DNA from: a virus
Lineage: Duplodnaviria; Caudoviricetes
DNA length: 64,000 nt
IMG/VR virus record: IMGVR_UViG_3300046664_000044
Location: 6-64,005 of that record
Direction: 5' to 3' (one strand)
The notes under the pieces are model-generated. The model worked only from the letters and a program-made list of their open reading frames with translations. It was not told where the DNA came from and ran no database searches. The position numbers and the translations under genes were made by a program. This document shows positions 18,686-27,421 of this stretch, one piece after another. Each line of letters begins with the position of its first letter. The stretch's first letter is position 1.

Positions 18686-20864
18686 CTTGATCCACCTCCA
18701 CGTCCACGTAGCCGCGCTCTTCACGGCAGGTTTTGCACACGCGCATACCTTCCGGCACGAAGGCGTGCTCCTGCCACGCATCGCGCACCGTCTTCTCGGC
18801 GCGTTCGCAGTACGCCGTGCGCGTGCCGCGCTGGACGTAGTGCAGGGTCTTCTGCTTCGGCAGCGACGCGAGCATGGTGCCGTGCTGCTTGGCGATGCGC
18901 GGGTCTTGAATCTTCAGGCCGATGTCGTCCAGGCGCGCATACGCTTCGCGCACGTACCATTCGTAGTCGAGGTCTTCCGGCACCGAGTAGTCGTCAGCCA
19001 AGTCCATGATCGGGCGACAGCCGGTGGTGCCGGACACGCGAGCGCCCGACTCCTTGCTGATGAACGCATACGGCGTGTCCACGCTGTAGTACCAGCGCAC
19101 CATCACGCCCAGGTGCTCGCCGTTGTAGAAGCCGCCCGGCTTCTCGACTTGCTTCACGCCGACGAACTCGCGGATGTCCGCGCACGAGCGGATAGTCTTC
19201 TCGATGTCGTCGCCTTTCAGCAGGTAGTTGACCACGGCGGTCGAGCAGATGTCGAACGTCGGGTCGTGCTTCTCTTGCAGGCCAGCCTTGGCGAACAGAC
19301 CCTTGCGCTTCGCTTCGACCGGGTTGCCGTCTTCGTCGCAGGTGAGCGCGATGTAGCTGTTCACGTCGCGGCTGTACACGCCGTAGTAGCGCACGGCCTC
19401 GGTGGCGAGGTGCGTGTCGAACTCCCAATCCCACACGATGTTGTCGAACTCGTTGTAGCGGTCTTTCGGGATCACGGTCACGATGCCGTCAGTGTTGGCG
19501 CTGATGACGGTGAACCCGGCCACGGTCAGGCGCTCGATCAGCATCAGCAAGCAGAGCTGGCCGGTGATCGTCACGTTGATCATCATCTTCGGCGCGTACA
19601 GCACGGAGTACGGCGAGCCGGTCTTGCCGAACGTGCCGTTGTTGACGATCTTGAAGGCGTCGGAGACGCGCTTGTACGAAACGGACTTGGCCTTGTCCAG
19701 CTTCTTGAACTTGGCGGCCAGGGACTTGTAGCGGTTCCGCGTCTCGACGAAGTTCTTGAAGATCGGCTCGAAGTGCACGCCGATGGATGCAGGCGCGAAG
19801 CCGCAGGCCAGCATCAGCGCTGGGTAGTAGCCGCGCACGTCGCGGTCTTCGATCACGGTGTCTTCGTCCATGATGAACGAGCGCTTCTTCTCTTTCGAGT
19901 GCAGGCCGCCGATGCCCATCTTGTACTGCGTGCCGTTGATCTTGATGTCCAGCGCCTTGATGGAATCCGGCAGCTTCACGACGCCCCAGGCTTTCTTGTA
20001 GGCGTCGCTGCTGTGGTTGTCCGGCTTCGGCCCGCCGCGCACCTTGAACGATGCGGTCGTGACCACGCGCAGCATCTCTTGGAGCTGTGGCGTCTCGAAC
20101 TTGATGAAGTCGGGCGGCGTGTACTTGAAGTCCATAGCGACCACGGTTGGCTTTTCCGGCCACTTCTTCGTCTTGCGCTCGTACTCCGCGCTGATCAACG
20201 CTTCCGCGATCTGCGCATCTGACTTGCTGCGCACGTCCACGCGGTACTGGCGGGTCAGGTCGAAGCGCAGCGTGAGTTCGTCCGGCAGGCGGCGCTTCAG
20301 TTCGGCGGTCACGTCCAAGTCGTTGAACATATATTCGACCACGCGCTTGCGCAGTTGCGGGCGCTCGACCGGGCGCAGCGGCTTATCGAACGGCACCGGG
20401 GTTTCCTTCATGCGGCGCATACCCATGCGGGCCGCGTACTTCTTCAGCGAGATTTTCACGCCGGGTGCAACGTCGAACAAGTCCACCGTGTCCAGCCACG
20501 CCGGGACGATGATCGGGTATTTATCGACGAGCTTCCACATCGGCATACGGCGCACGATGATGTCGTCGTTGCACTCCTTGAGTGTTTGATTGTCTGCGCC
20601 CGACATGGCGAGGCAGATCATGGCGATGTCGTAGGTGGCACCGTTGAAGGTGTAGATGCGGTACTTGCGAAGGATGTTCCTGACCTTGGGGATGTCCAGG
20701 GCGCAGCCGTCGTACAGCTCGTACACCACCTGCTTGTTGGTGGCGATGTTCTGGAAGCCGATGCACCAGTAGTCGGAAAAGCATTCGGTGTCGCACGTCG
20801 CCTCTTCTTTATCGAGATCGGTGATCGAGTCGATGAACGATTGTGTGAGTGAATCGCGTGGCAT
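18669..20864 (-). CDS. DNA polymerase, family B, with 3'-5' exonuclease and a C-terminal Cys/His extension
   Basis: Exo motifs CDTECF, FNG..YD, Y..ND; Pol motifs DVRGYYP, K...NGTFGK, NTDG; likely start at 20864. Confidence 0.9.
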   Translation of the reverse strand: MPRDSLTQSFIDSITDLDKEEATCDTECFSDYWCIGFQNIATNKQVVYELYDGCALDIPKVRNILRKYRIYTFNGATYDIAMICLAMSGADNQTLKECNDDIIVRRMPMWKLVDKYPIIVPAWLDTVDLFDVAPGVKISLKKYAARMGMRRMKETPVPFDKPLRPVERPQLRKRVVEYMFNDLDVTAELKRRLPDELTLRFDLTRQYRVDVRSKSDAQIAEALISAEYERKTKKWPEKPTVVAMDFKYTPPDFIKFETPQLQEMLRVVTTASFKVRGGPKPDNHSSDAYKKAWGVVKLPDSIKALDIKINGTQYKMGIGGLHSKEKKRSFIMDEDTVIEDRDVRGYYPALMLACGFAPASIGVHFEPIFKNFVETRNRYKSLAAKFKKLDKAKSVSYKRVSDAFKIVNNGTFGKTGSPYSVLYAPKMMINVTITGQLCLLMLIERLTVAGFTVISANTDGIVTVIPKDRYNEFDNIVWDWEFDTHLATEAVRYYGVYSRDVNSYIALTCDEDGNPVEAKRKGLFAKAGLQEKHDPTFDICSTAVVNYLLKGDDIEKTIRSCADIREFVGVKQVEKPGGFYNGEHLGVMVRWYYSVDTPYAFISKESGARVSGTTGCRPIMDLADDYSVPEDLDYEWYVREAYARLDDIGLKIQDPRIAKQHGTMLASLPKQKTLHYVQRGTRTAYCERAEKTVRDAWQEHAFVPEGMRVCKTCREERGYVDVEVDQDAATA

Positions 20865-20935
20865 TGATGTGTCCTTAAACGAGAACAGGCCCACGGGCTG
20901 TTACGCACGCGGGCCTGCGGTACTACATGGAGGTA

Positions 20936-21655
20936 TTACAGCTCATCGTCGTCATCGACCGTGGTGGCCTTCTTACGATTCGGCTTGCTGCTGCCCAGGT
21001 CATCATCGTCGTCGTTGCCACCAGCGGTGCTCCAATCGACTTCGGAGTCGTTGATGCGGCCTTGTGCGAACGGCTCGCCCTTCTTGAAGAACTGGATGGC
21101 CGACAGGCCGCAGCAGATACGCTTCGGGAACTTCTTCGTCGCACCCTTCGCGGTGCCGTTGAAGTACCAGGGGCGCAGCAGGATGTTCACGTAGGAGCCA
21201 GCGAAGAACATCTCGTCGATGCGATCCAGCAGCGCTTCGACTTCATCGCCATCCGTGACCTGTTCAGGGTCGAGGATCAGCTTGCCGCGTGCGTCGCGTG
21301 CGGTCGGGCGGCGGGATTCGGACGCGGAGATGACCCAATGGCCCGCATACTCTTCGCGGTCGGAGTCGTCGCCGTTTTTGATGCAGCGGTACTCCGGTGG
21401 AATCTTCACCTCGTTCTTTTCCATCAGCTCGTTCATCAGGGACACGAATGCGTCCTTGGCTTCCTTGTGGGTCGCCTTCGGCAGCATCGGGACGCCAGCG
21501 TACTTCTTGGTCTTCTTGCCGTTGTCGTCTTCGTTCTCCTTCATGTGGCCGATGGCCGGGAAGGAGAGGCGGACGTTTTCGAGCAGGATGAATTTGTTCT
21601 CACCCTCTTTGTAGATTTTGAAGTTCTCGCCGGATTCGATCTGTTTCAGTGCCAT
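20936..21655 (-). CDS. ssDNA-binding protein, DUF2815 family; acidic tail ending DDDDEL
   Basis: NVRLSFP, ..L.AIQF.K.GEPF motifs; position between DUF2800 and the polymerase. Confidence 0.85.
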   Translation of the reverse strand: MALKQIESGENFKIYKEGENKFILLENVRLSFPAIGHMKENEDDNGKKTKKYAGVPMLPKATHKEAKDAFVSLMNELMEKNEVKIPPEYRCIKNGDDSDREEYAGHWVISASESRRPTARDARGKLILDPEQVTDGDEVEALLDRIDEMFFAGSYVNILLRPWYFNGTAKGATKKFPKRICCGLSAIQFFKKGEPFAQGRINDSEVDWSTAGGNDDDDDLGSSKPNRKKATTVDDDDEL

Positions 21656-21689
21656 GATTTCAGTTTCCTATTCAGGGTTTCGTTTCGTG

Positions 21690-22997
21690 TCAAAGGTCTG
21701 TGGTGTCGGAGAACACGTCTTCAAACTTGTCTCCGAGTGCTGGCCTGCGATCCGTCTTCAGCGCCAGGGTTGTACCCCCAGGCGGTTTGAACACCAGACC
21801 GGCCAGCAGATCGGGCAGCTCCTTGGTCTTGTACCCGGCCTTGCGCAAGAGGTCTTCTACTTGCGCTGGTGACGGAATGACTTCGGAGAGCAAGTCTTCA
21901 CGCTTCAGGCCCAGCGACACCAGATGATCCAACGTCTTCTTCTGGTTCCGCCATGCCCTGTGCGTGACGCCCTCAACCTGCTTGTACATATCGAGCGGAT
22001 GGCCGTTACGTGCGCGGCGCATCAACTCTTCGCCCACCTTCTTGAAGAACTGCTCAACCGATCCGCGCCAGTTGTACAGCACCTCCATGTCGTAGGTGGA
22101 CAGCGTGTGAACGTCCACGGGCGGCTTTGGGTAGTTGTCGAAACAACGAAGACCCAGCTTCAGGTTCTCCGATTCTTCCGCCGTCACTTCTTGCGTCGTG
22201 TCGGGGAAGATACCTTCCGTCAGCTTGACCACTGCAATCGCTTTCGCGGTGCATGTGGCCTGCACGCGGCACCATTGACATGCTTCAGGGCTTGCACGGC
22301 GCGGTGCGTTCTGAACCCACGCCGCAGCAGCCTTGACCTTCACTTCATCTGCGAAGGCCAGCAGCTCTTCGCGGCTGATCTCCCAGGTGTCCCAATTGTC
22401 CATGCGAGGTTGAGCGATGCGGATTCGGATGGTCTTGAACCCGTACAGCCAATCCCACTTGTAGAAGAAGCCCAGCGCGTACAGCATCGCTTGCGTGTTC
22501 TTCTCCGCATACACGCGCACGCCTTTGCCCATCTTCAGGTCGGTGATGACCAGCAGGCCGGGACTGCACGCTGCATGGTCGGCGGTGCCGCCCTGGTTCG
22601 GGATCGGGGTGAGCCGAGAGAAGTCCACGCGGACTTCGACGAAGTGCTGGCCCGGCAAGTTCTCGCACCACTTCACATACTGGCGCACGAACTCCATCAT
22701 CACTTCATCTACTTCTATGGGAAAAACCCCCTCACCGCACGTCACATGATGAACCGTGCCGAGCAGGTGAGAGGGTTTCTTGGAATCGCGGAGCCACGTT
22801 TCACCGACCATGTGGCCCACGGTGCCGTAGGCCGCGTCCTCGCCGGAATCGTCCGGCGCGAACAGGTTGGGGATCAGCGACCCCGGACAATTGAGCCACA
22901 TTTTCGATCCAGAGGGTGCGAACACGGAATGCCCGCCGTCCATCACCCGCTGAATCGCCTCGCGCATCTGCGCGAGCGTGAAATGCTGCTCAGACAT
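21690..22997 (-). CDS. DUF2800 PD-(D/E)XK (Cas4-like) exonuclease
   Basis: APSGSKMWLNCPGS, GTADH, DLKMGKG, QAMLYALG, I.QPR, CQWC motifs. Confidence 0.88.
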   Translation of the reverse strand: MSEQHFTLAQMREAIQRVMDGGHSVFAPSGSKMWLNCPGSLIPNLFAPDDSGEDAAYGTVGHMVGETWLRDSKKPSHLLGTVHHVTCGEGVFPIEVDEVMMEFVRQYVKWCENLPGQHFVEVRVDFSRLTPIPNQGGTADHAACSPGLLVITDLKMGKGVRVYAEKNTQAMLYALGFFYKWDWLYGFKTIRIRIAQPRMDNWDTWEISREELLAFADEVKVKAAAAWVQNAPRRASPEACQWCRVQATCTAKAIAVVKLTEGIFPDTTQEVTAEESENLKLGLRCFDNYPKPPVDVHTLSTYDMEVLYNWRGSVEQFFKKVGEELMRRARNGHPLDMYKQVEGVTHRAWRNQKKTLDHLVSLGLKREDLLSEVIPSPAQVEDLLRKAGYKTKELPDLLAGLVFKPPGGTTLALKTDRRPALGDKFEDVFSDTTDL

Positions 22998-23006
22998 CGG
23001 CGCTAA

Positions 23007-23408
23007 TTACAGGCCGTCGTCTTCGCCGCCTTCGCCTTCACCGGCAGCGGCTTCCAGCACTTCCTTGCACTTCTTCACGATGGCGGCGCGCTTGCCTTCA
23101 GGGATGTCGGCCATCTTCTCGACTTTGGCGACGCTCTTGATGATCTTCTTGGCTTCGTCGCTGCCCAGGTCTTCCTTCACCTTGTTCAGCGCGGCCTTCA
23201 TCACTTCTTCGCTGATCTCGTCGTCGTCGGACGCGGCGGGCTTGGTCTTGCCGGTGGTCTTGGCGGCAGGTTTGGTGTCGGCGTCTTCCTTGTCAGCGGC
23301 TTTACCAGCAGCAGCCTTGCCGCCTTGCGACTTCTGCAACGCCTGGACGGCTTCGGTGTTTGCGATCAGGGCTGCGGTCAGGTCGGCCAGTGCTTTTTCG
23401 ATACTCAT
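23007..23408 (-). CDS. Hypothetical Ala/Lys-rich protein of the replication cassette; ends EDDGL
   Basis: 133 aa from the ATG at 23408 with SD GGAG; typical first gene before DUF2800. Confidence 0.7.
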   Translation of the reverse strand: MSIEKALADLTAALIANTEAVQALQKSQGGKAAAGKAADKEDADTKPAAKTTGKTKPAASDDDEISEEVMKAALNKVKEDLGSDEAKKIIKSVAKVEKMADIPEGKRAAIVKKCKEVLEAAAGEGEGGEDDGL

Positions 23409-23516
23409 TTTGTAGGACTCCATGTAGTCGTTAAGAGGGGTTTTAGAGAATGAACTACCTATTAGGTAGGCCACTATCAGATCACAACCGAGTGATTTCT
23501 CGTTGCAACGGAACGA

Positions 23517-23545
23517 ACTATACCGACAACATTGATCATCGTCAA
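23517..23545 (-). promoter_or_regulatory. Sigma70 promoter for the replication operon
   Basis: TTGACG-17 nt-TATAGT on the minus strand. Confidence 0.7.
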
Positions 23546-23561
23546 GCATTTGTGCCATAAT
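23532..23561 (+). promoter_or_regulatory. Divergent overlapping sigma70 promoter for Cro-like/primase genes
   Basis: TTGATC-18 nt-CATAAT. Confidence 0.55.
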
Positions 23562-23626
23562 TCTCAAAAATAATTTAGACCATATCGGTTTAACCCTTTA
23601 ACTTCCCTGTCAACAAGGAGAATTTG

Positions 23627-23935
23627 ATGAAGTTTCCAAGCTGGGTCAGCGCACCGCACCACGGTCGCAAGGCACCACCTGAAGTAGTAGCAAAACGCCG
23701 CCTGTCATACATCGTTCGTCGCCTCGCGCTCGAACACGAACCGACCGGCAGCTTGAGCGACCTGGGCGAGCGCGTGGGCATCTTGTCCTCGCAATTCAGT
23801 CTCGCCTTTCGCTCCGGTCGCTTCACGCAACGACAGGCAGAGACGATTGAGTCCGCGCTGGGCCGCCGCGTGGTGAAGAAGGAGCACCTGATGTATCCAC
23901 TCGATATCGAAGAGAGCAATAAGGATGAACTGTAA
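23627..23935 (+). CDS. Cro/CI-like HTH transcription regulator; ends NKDEL
   Basis: GSLSDLGERVGILSSQFSLAF HTH-like segment; SD AAGGAG; first gene after the divergent promoters. Confidence 0.6.
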   Translation: MKFPSWVSAPHHGRKAPPEVVAKRRLSYIVRRLALEHEPTGSLSDLGERVGILSSQFSLAFRSGRFTQRQAETIESALGRRVVKKEHLMYPLDIEESNKDEL

Positions 23936-26508
23936 TGAGTAATGACATCGACGTGAAGAACGGAGCCTTCCTTGCAGCTTATGGTGCCAAGCTGCTTGCG
24001 AGGGGCTACGAAATTATTCCAATAGCGGTCGGCAAAAAGGCACCAGGGTTCGATGATTGGTCGAAGACGAAATCCACGAAGAAGCAGTTGAAGGAGTGGC
24101 TGGAAAACGGCCACGAGCGCGACGGCGTGGGCATCCTCACGACCAACACGCCGTTCATCGACCTGGACATCCGCAACGAGCAGATCGCGCTGGAAGCGGA
24201 AGAGAAGGTGCGCGAGCTGATCGGTGAAGGGCCGCTGCGAATTGGTAACGCACCGAAGCGCGGCCTGCTGTTCCGCACCGACAAGCCGTTCACCAAAAAG
24301 CGCACGAACAAGTACATCGACGAGTGGGGCGATCTGCACCAGATCGAAATTCTCGGTGACGGCCAGCAGTTCGTCGCGTACCACATCCACCCTGACACGA
24401 TGCGCCCGTATGACTGGCCCGCCGAAAAGCTGGACGACGACGGCGAGGTAGTGAGTGTTGGTGGCCCTTGCTCCATCGACGCGGAAGACTTGCCGCTGCT
24501 GACCGAGGAACAGTGCCGAGAACTGATCGAGTGGTTCGAGGAACGCGCCGCCCAGGAGTCGGACTGGAAGGTGCACCGCAAGACGCGGAGTGCCGCATTC
24601 GACGGCGACATCGACCGTGACAACGCATTCATTGAAGACGCACAGCCCATCGACATCAGCGACGAAGAACTGCGCGAACGCTTGATGTCGATCCCGCACC
24701 CGGACGACTACGACATCTGGATTCAGATCGGCATGGCGCTGTTCCATCAGTACCACGGCGACGACAAAGGTTTGGAGCTGTGGCACGAGTGGGCCGAAGA
24801 AGCGAACAACTACGACCGCGACGGACTCGACTCGCGCTGGGGTGGCTTCAGTATTGGCGGCAAAAAGCGCGCACCGCTGACCGCTCGCTTCATCATGCAG
24901 TTGTCGAAGGAGGCCGCCCAGGAGGAAGAGCAATCCCTGCTGCTGAAGCTGAAGGATATGTTCATCAACGCGAAGGATGTGGTGGCGTGGGACAAGGCGG
25001 CCAATGCTGCGAGCAAAGCGGAGATCGACACGCTGAAGCGTTCGAGCCTTTGCGACCTTGCGCGTGATCGCTTCAACTCGATCAACGGCAGCAAGGTTCC
25101 GATGGCCGAGATTAAAAAGCGCCTCGCGTTCTCGCCTGCCGACGAAGGGATGCCGGATTGGGTTTCGACCTGGGTGTACGACACGAGCGACGACCGCTTC
25201 TACTGCACCGAGCGCAAGATCAGTGTGACCAAGCAGGGCTTCGACGCGATGTATGACCGCAAGGCCATGACGAAGAAAGACCGCCTGGATGGTAAGTCGG
25301 CCCCGTCGTCCACGGCGTCGGCACTGGCGCTGAACGTTTATCGGATCAAGACCGTCCAGGGTCGCCGGTACGAGCCGGGCATGGACGGCATCTTCAGCGA
25401 GCACGGCGCGTTCTACGCGAACACCTACCCTGAACACCTGATCCCCGAAGAGCCGGACGAACTGACGCCGCGTGACAAGAAGGCCGTCGAGCGCGTGAAG
25501 AACCACGTGCGTCACCTGCTGGCCGACAAGCGCGAGCGCCGCATCTTCGTTGACTGGCTTTCATGGATTGTGCAGAACCCAGGCAAGCACGCAAACTGGT
25601 CGATCCTGCTGCAAGGCACCGAGGGTGATGGCAAGTCGTTCTTCGGCTTCCTGATGCAAGCGGTGATGGGGCAGACCAACGTGCGCTTCCTGAATGCGCA
25701 CAGCCTGGAACATCCGTTCACCGATTGGGCGGTCGGCCAGTGCTTGACTTGCGTGGAAGAGGTGCGCCTGATCAAGTCCCACAACAAGTTCGAGGTGATC
25801 AACAAGATCAAGCCGTACATCACGAACGACCGCATTGAAGTCCACCCGAAAGGTCGCCCGGTGTATGAGGCGAAGAACACCACGTCGTATCTGTTCTTCT
25901 CCAACTTCAAGGACGCGCTGCCGCTGGACGACGATGGCCGCCGCTACTGCGTGCTGTTCTCGCAGTGGCAGTCACGCGAACGACTGGCAGAGTTCACCGA
26001 CGAGAACCCGCACTACTACACCGACCTGTACCGCACGATCAGTACGTCGGCGGGCGCGCTGCGCAAGTGGCTGATCAACCACGAGCAGGAAGAAGACTTC
26101 AACCCGCTGGGCAACGCACCGCAAACTGCGGCCCGCCGCTTCATGGTTCGCATGGCGACGCCGGAATTCGTCAACAACCTGCACGACCTGATCTCCGACC
26201 ATGTGCATCATCTGGTGACGGAAGAACTGCTGTCGATCAGCGCGTTGACGGAAGTGCTGCACGAGCGGGCGCTGGAAGTCCCGACCGGGAAGGCGATGAC
26301 GGCCATGCTTTCGCGTGCCAAGTTCGACTTCATCGGTCGGCACCGGATCGTTGACGGTGATCGCCACTACCTCTACTCGAAAACTCCCGAACGCTGGCAA
26401 CCGCCCGGCGAGCCTGGACGGGACGAGGAAGGAAACGTGATTGTTGACAAGGACTTGATCCGAGAATACGTGAAGAAAAAACTCCGAGAGATCAGCGAAG
26501 ATTTGTAG
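23935..26508 (+). CDS. Primase-helicase (Prim-Pol + PriCT-2 + SF3-like/DUF5906 ATPase); ends SEDL
   Basis: GYEIIP..GKKAPG, IDLD, Q.VAY.IHPDT; DYD.W..IGMAL; LLQGTEGDGKS Walker A, EEV Walker B. Confidence 0.92.
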   Translation: MSNDIDVKNGAFLAAYGAKLLARGYEIIPIAVGKKAPGFDDWSKTKSTKKQLKEWLENGHERDGVGILTTNTPFIDLDIRNEQIALEAEEKVRELIGEGPLRIGNAPKRGLLFRTDKPFTKKRTNKYIDEWGDLHQIEILGDGQQFVAYHIHPDTMRPYDWPAEKLDDDGEVVSVGGPCSIDAEDLPLLTEEQCRELIEWFEERAAQESDWKVHRKTRSAAFDGDIDRDNAFIEDAQPIDISDEELRERLMSIPHPDDYDIWIQIGMALFHQYHGDDKGLELWHEWAEEANNYDRDGLDSRWGGFSIGGKKRAPLTARFIMQLSKEAAQEEEQSLLLKLKDMFINAKDVVAWDKAANAASKAEIDTLKRSSLCDLARDRFNSINGSKVPMAEIKKRLAFSPADEGMPDWVSTWVYDTSDDRFYCTERKISVTKQGFDAMYDRKAMTKKDRLDGKSAPSSTASALALNVYRIKTVQGRRYEPGMDGIFSEHGAFYANTYPEHLIPEEPDELTPRDKKAVERVKNHVRHLLADKRERRIFVDWLSWIVQNPGKHANWSILLQGTEGDGKSFFGFLMQAVMGQTNVRFLNAHSLEHPFTDWAVGQCLTCVEEVRLIKSHNKFEVINKIKPYITNDRIEVHPKGRPVYEAKNTTSYLFFSNFKDALPLDDDGRRYCVLFSQWQSRERLAEFTDENPHYYTDLYRTISTSAGALRKWLINHEQEEDFNPLGNAPQTAARRFMVRMATPEFVNNLHDLISDHVHHLVTEELLSISALTEVLHERALEVPTGKAMTAMLSRAKFDFIGRHRIVDGDRHYLYSKTPERWQPPGEPGRDEEGNVIVDKDLIREYVKKKLREISEDL

Positions 26509-26518
26509 AATTCGACCA

Positions 26519-26545
26519 GGGCGGCCACGAACCGCCCTTTTTCTT
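26519..26545 (+). terminator. Intrinsic terminator after primase
   Basis: AGGGCGG-CCACGAA-CCGCCCT followed by TTTTCTT. Confidence 0.8.
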
Positions 26546-26602
26546 GCCCCGTTGGTGCTATACTGAATTTGTCGAGAAAAATCGCCGTACCCTCTACTCG
26601 AT

Positions 26603-26770
26603 GTCAAACCCCCTCTTTTTGAGGACAAACGAGGCCAAACCTCTCTTTTTGTCCTTGACTGTCCTCTATTTACCTAGTTTCCATTACGCGAGCGGCTGAA
26701 TAAAAATAAAAAAAGGAAAACGGTAAGGAATAGCAAACCCCCGTTTTTCGAGGCCCACCGAGGCCAGCCG
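26603..26770. repeat. Short dispersed repeats next to cos (CAAACC.C..TTTTT x3; CGAGGCC x3) and A-rich tract
   Basis: CAAACCCCCTCTTTTT, CAAACCTCTCTTTTT and CAAACCCCCGTTTTT seen directly; noncoding. Confidence 0.55.
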
Positions 26771-26788
26771 TGGTTGGTCAATCGAATT

Positions 26789-26805
26789 ACAGGGAAAAAC
26801 CGTGT
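26789..26805. promoter_or_regulatory. Degenerate operator ACAGGGAAAAACCGTGT
   Basis: One mismatch to the 17-bp palindrome; ~40 bp from the cos candidate. Confidence 0.6.
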
Positions 26806-26844
26806 TGGTGTTGTAGTGAATTCTGAAAAAGCACGGGAGCCGAG

Positions 26845-26856
26845 GCTCTTCGCACC
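26845..26856 (-). other. Putative cohesive end (cosN) GGTGCGAAGAGC
   Basis: 11/12 match to the phage Chi 12-nt 5' overhang as I recall it (GGTGCGCAGAGC). Lies in the largest noncoding gap, past the primase 3' end as in Chi-like maps; lambda-type terminase present. Confidence 0.7.
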
Positions 26857-27020
26857 CCCGTGGCCCTCGCCAAACCGGGGTAGTACCTTGTCGCCCTGCC
26901 GATCTCTTTTTTATCGGCCTAGAACGCACGGAATCATAGCTAGGAGCTGCGAACTCAACATGGCATGTGGGGTGATAGCCTAATGCACACATGGCGTCCT
27001 ATACGCACGTATAGATACCC

Positions 27021-27080
27021 CTATGGGGAAGATGCTTTAGGTAAGGGCTTTTATGGGGTAATACGGGGTTATGTGGGGTA
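27021..27080 (+). repeat. 10-bp-phased G-tract repeat
   Basis: GGGG at 27025, 27055, 27065 and 27075, and GGG at 27045. Confidence 0.7.
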
Positions 27081-27252
27081 TGTGCTACAGGCCACCCCGG
27101 CAGGCGGCCCGGCCTAGCCCTCATGCTGCGCCGTATGTCGCGCACCACACACAGCGCCCATGCGCACGTACACGCACGCGAGGCCCGCCCAGCAGAAGGC
27201 CCGGCCATGGGGCGGCCACGCCGTCACACGAACAGCCAGGAATGCGAGGGGC

Positions 27253-27282
27253 AAAGAAAAAGCCCGCTTGCTAGGCGGGCTT
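27253..27282 (-). terminator. Intrinsic terminator ending the terminal minus-strand operon
   Basis: AAGCCCGCC-TAGCAA-GCGGGCTT then TTTCTTT on the minus strand. Confidence 0.75.
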
Positions 27283-27304
27283 GTGGGGAAGGGGTAAGGC
27301 GGGC

Positions 27305-27409
27305 TTAGTCAGTGACAGACCAGCGCGAGAAGGGCAGCGGAGTAACGCCGTTCAGGTCGCACCGCTTTACATAGATGATGTACAGGGCGTACACGGTAGG
27401 GCTTGCCAT
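27305..27409 (-). CDS. Putative 34-aa peptide MASPTVYALYIIYVKRCDLNGVTPLPFSRWSVTD
   Basis: ATG with GAGG SD right after the upstream stop; ends before the terminator. Confidence 0.45.
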   Translation of the reverse strand: MASPTVYALYIIYVKRCDLNGVTPLPFSRWSVTD

Positions 27410-27421
27410 GGCCGGGCCTCA

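Noticed and set aside
21690-22997. Cas4 / CRISPR adaptation gene
   Set aside because: Motifs and context fit the DUF2800 replication-cassette exonuclease; no Cas1/Cas2.
23627-23935. KDEL ER-retention signal implying a eukaryotic link
   Set aside because: All genes are bacteriophage-like with bacterial promoters and SDs; KDEL is one instance of the broader [DE]EL tag.
26509-27300. tRNA or other known structured RNA genes in the large intergenic gaps (also 32830-33240)
   Set aside because: No cloverleaf with T-loop GTTC(G/A)A and D-loop signatures seen; a covariance-model search would be needed to exclude other RNAs.
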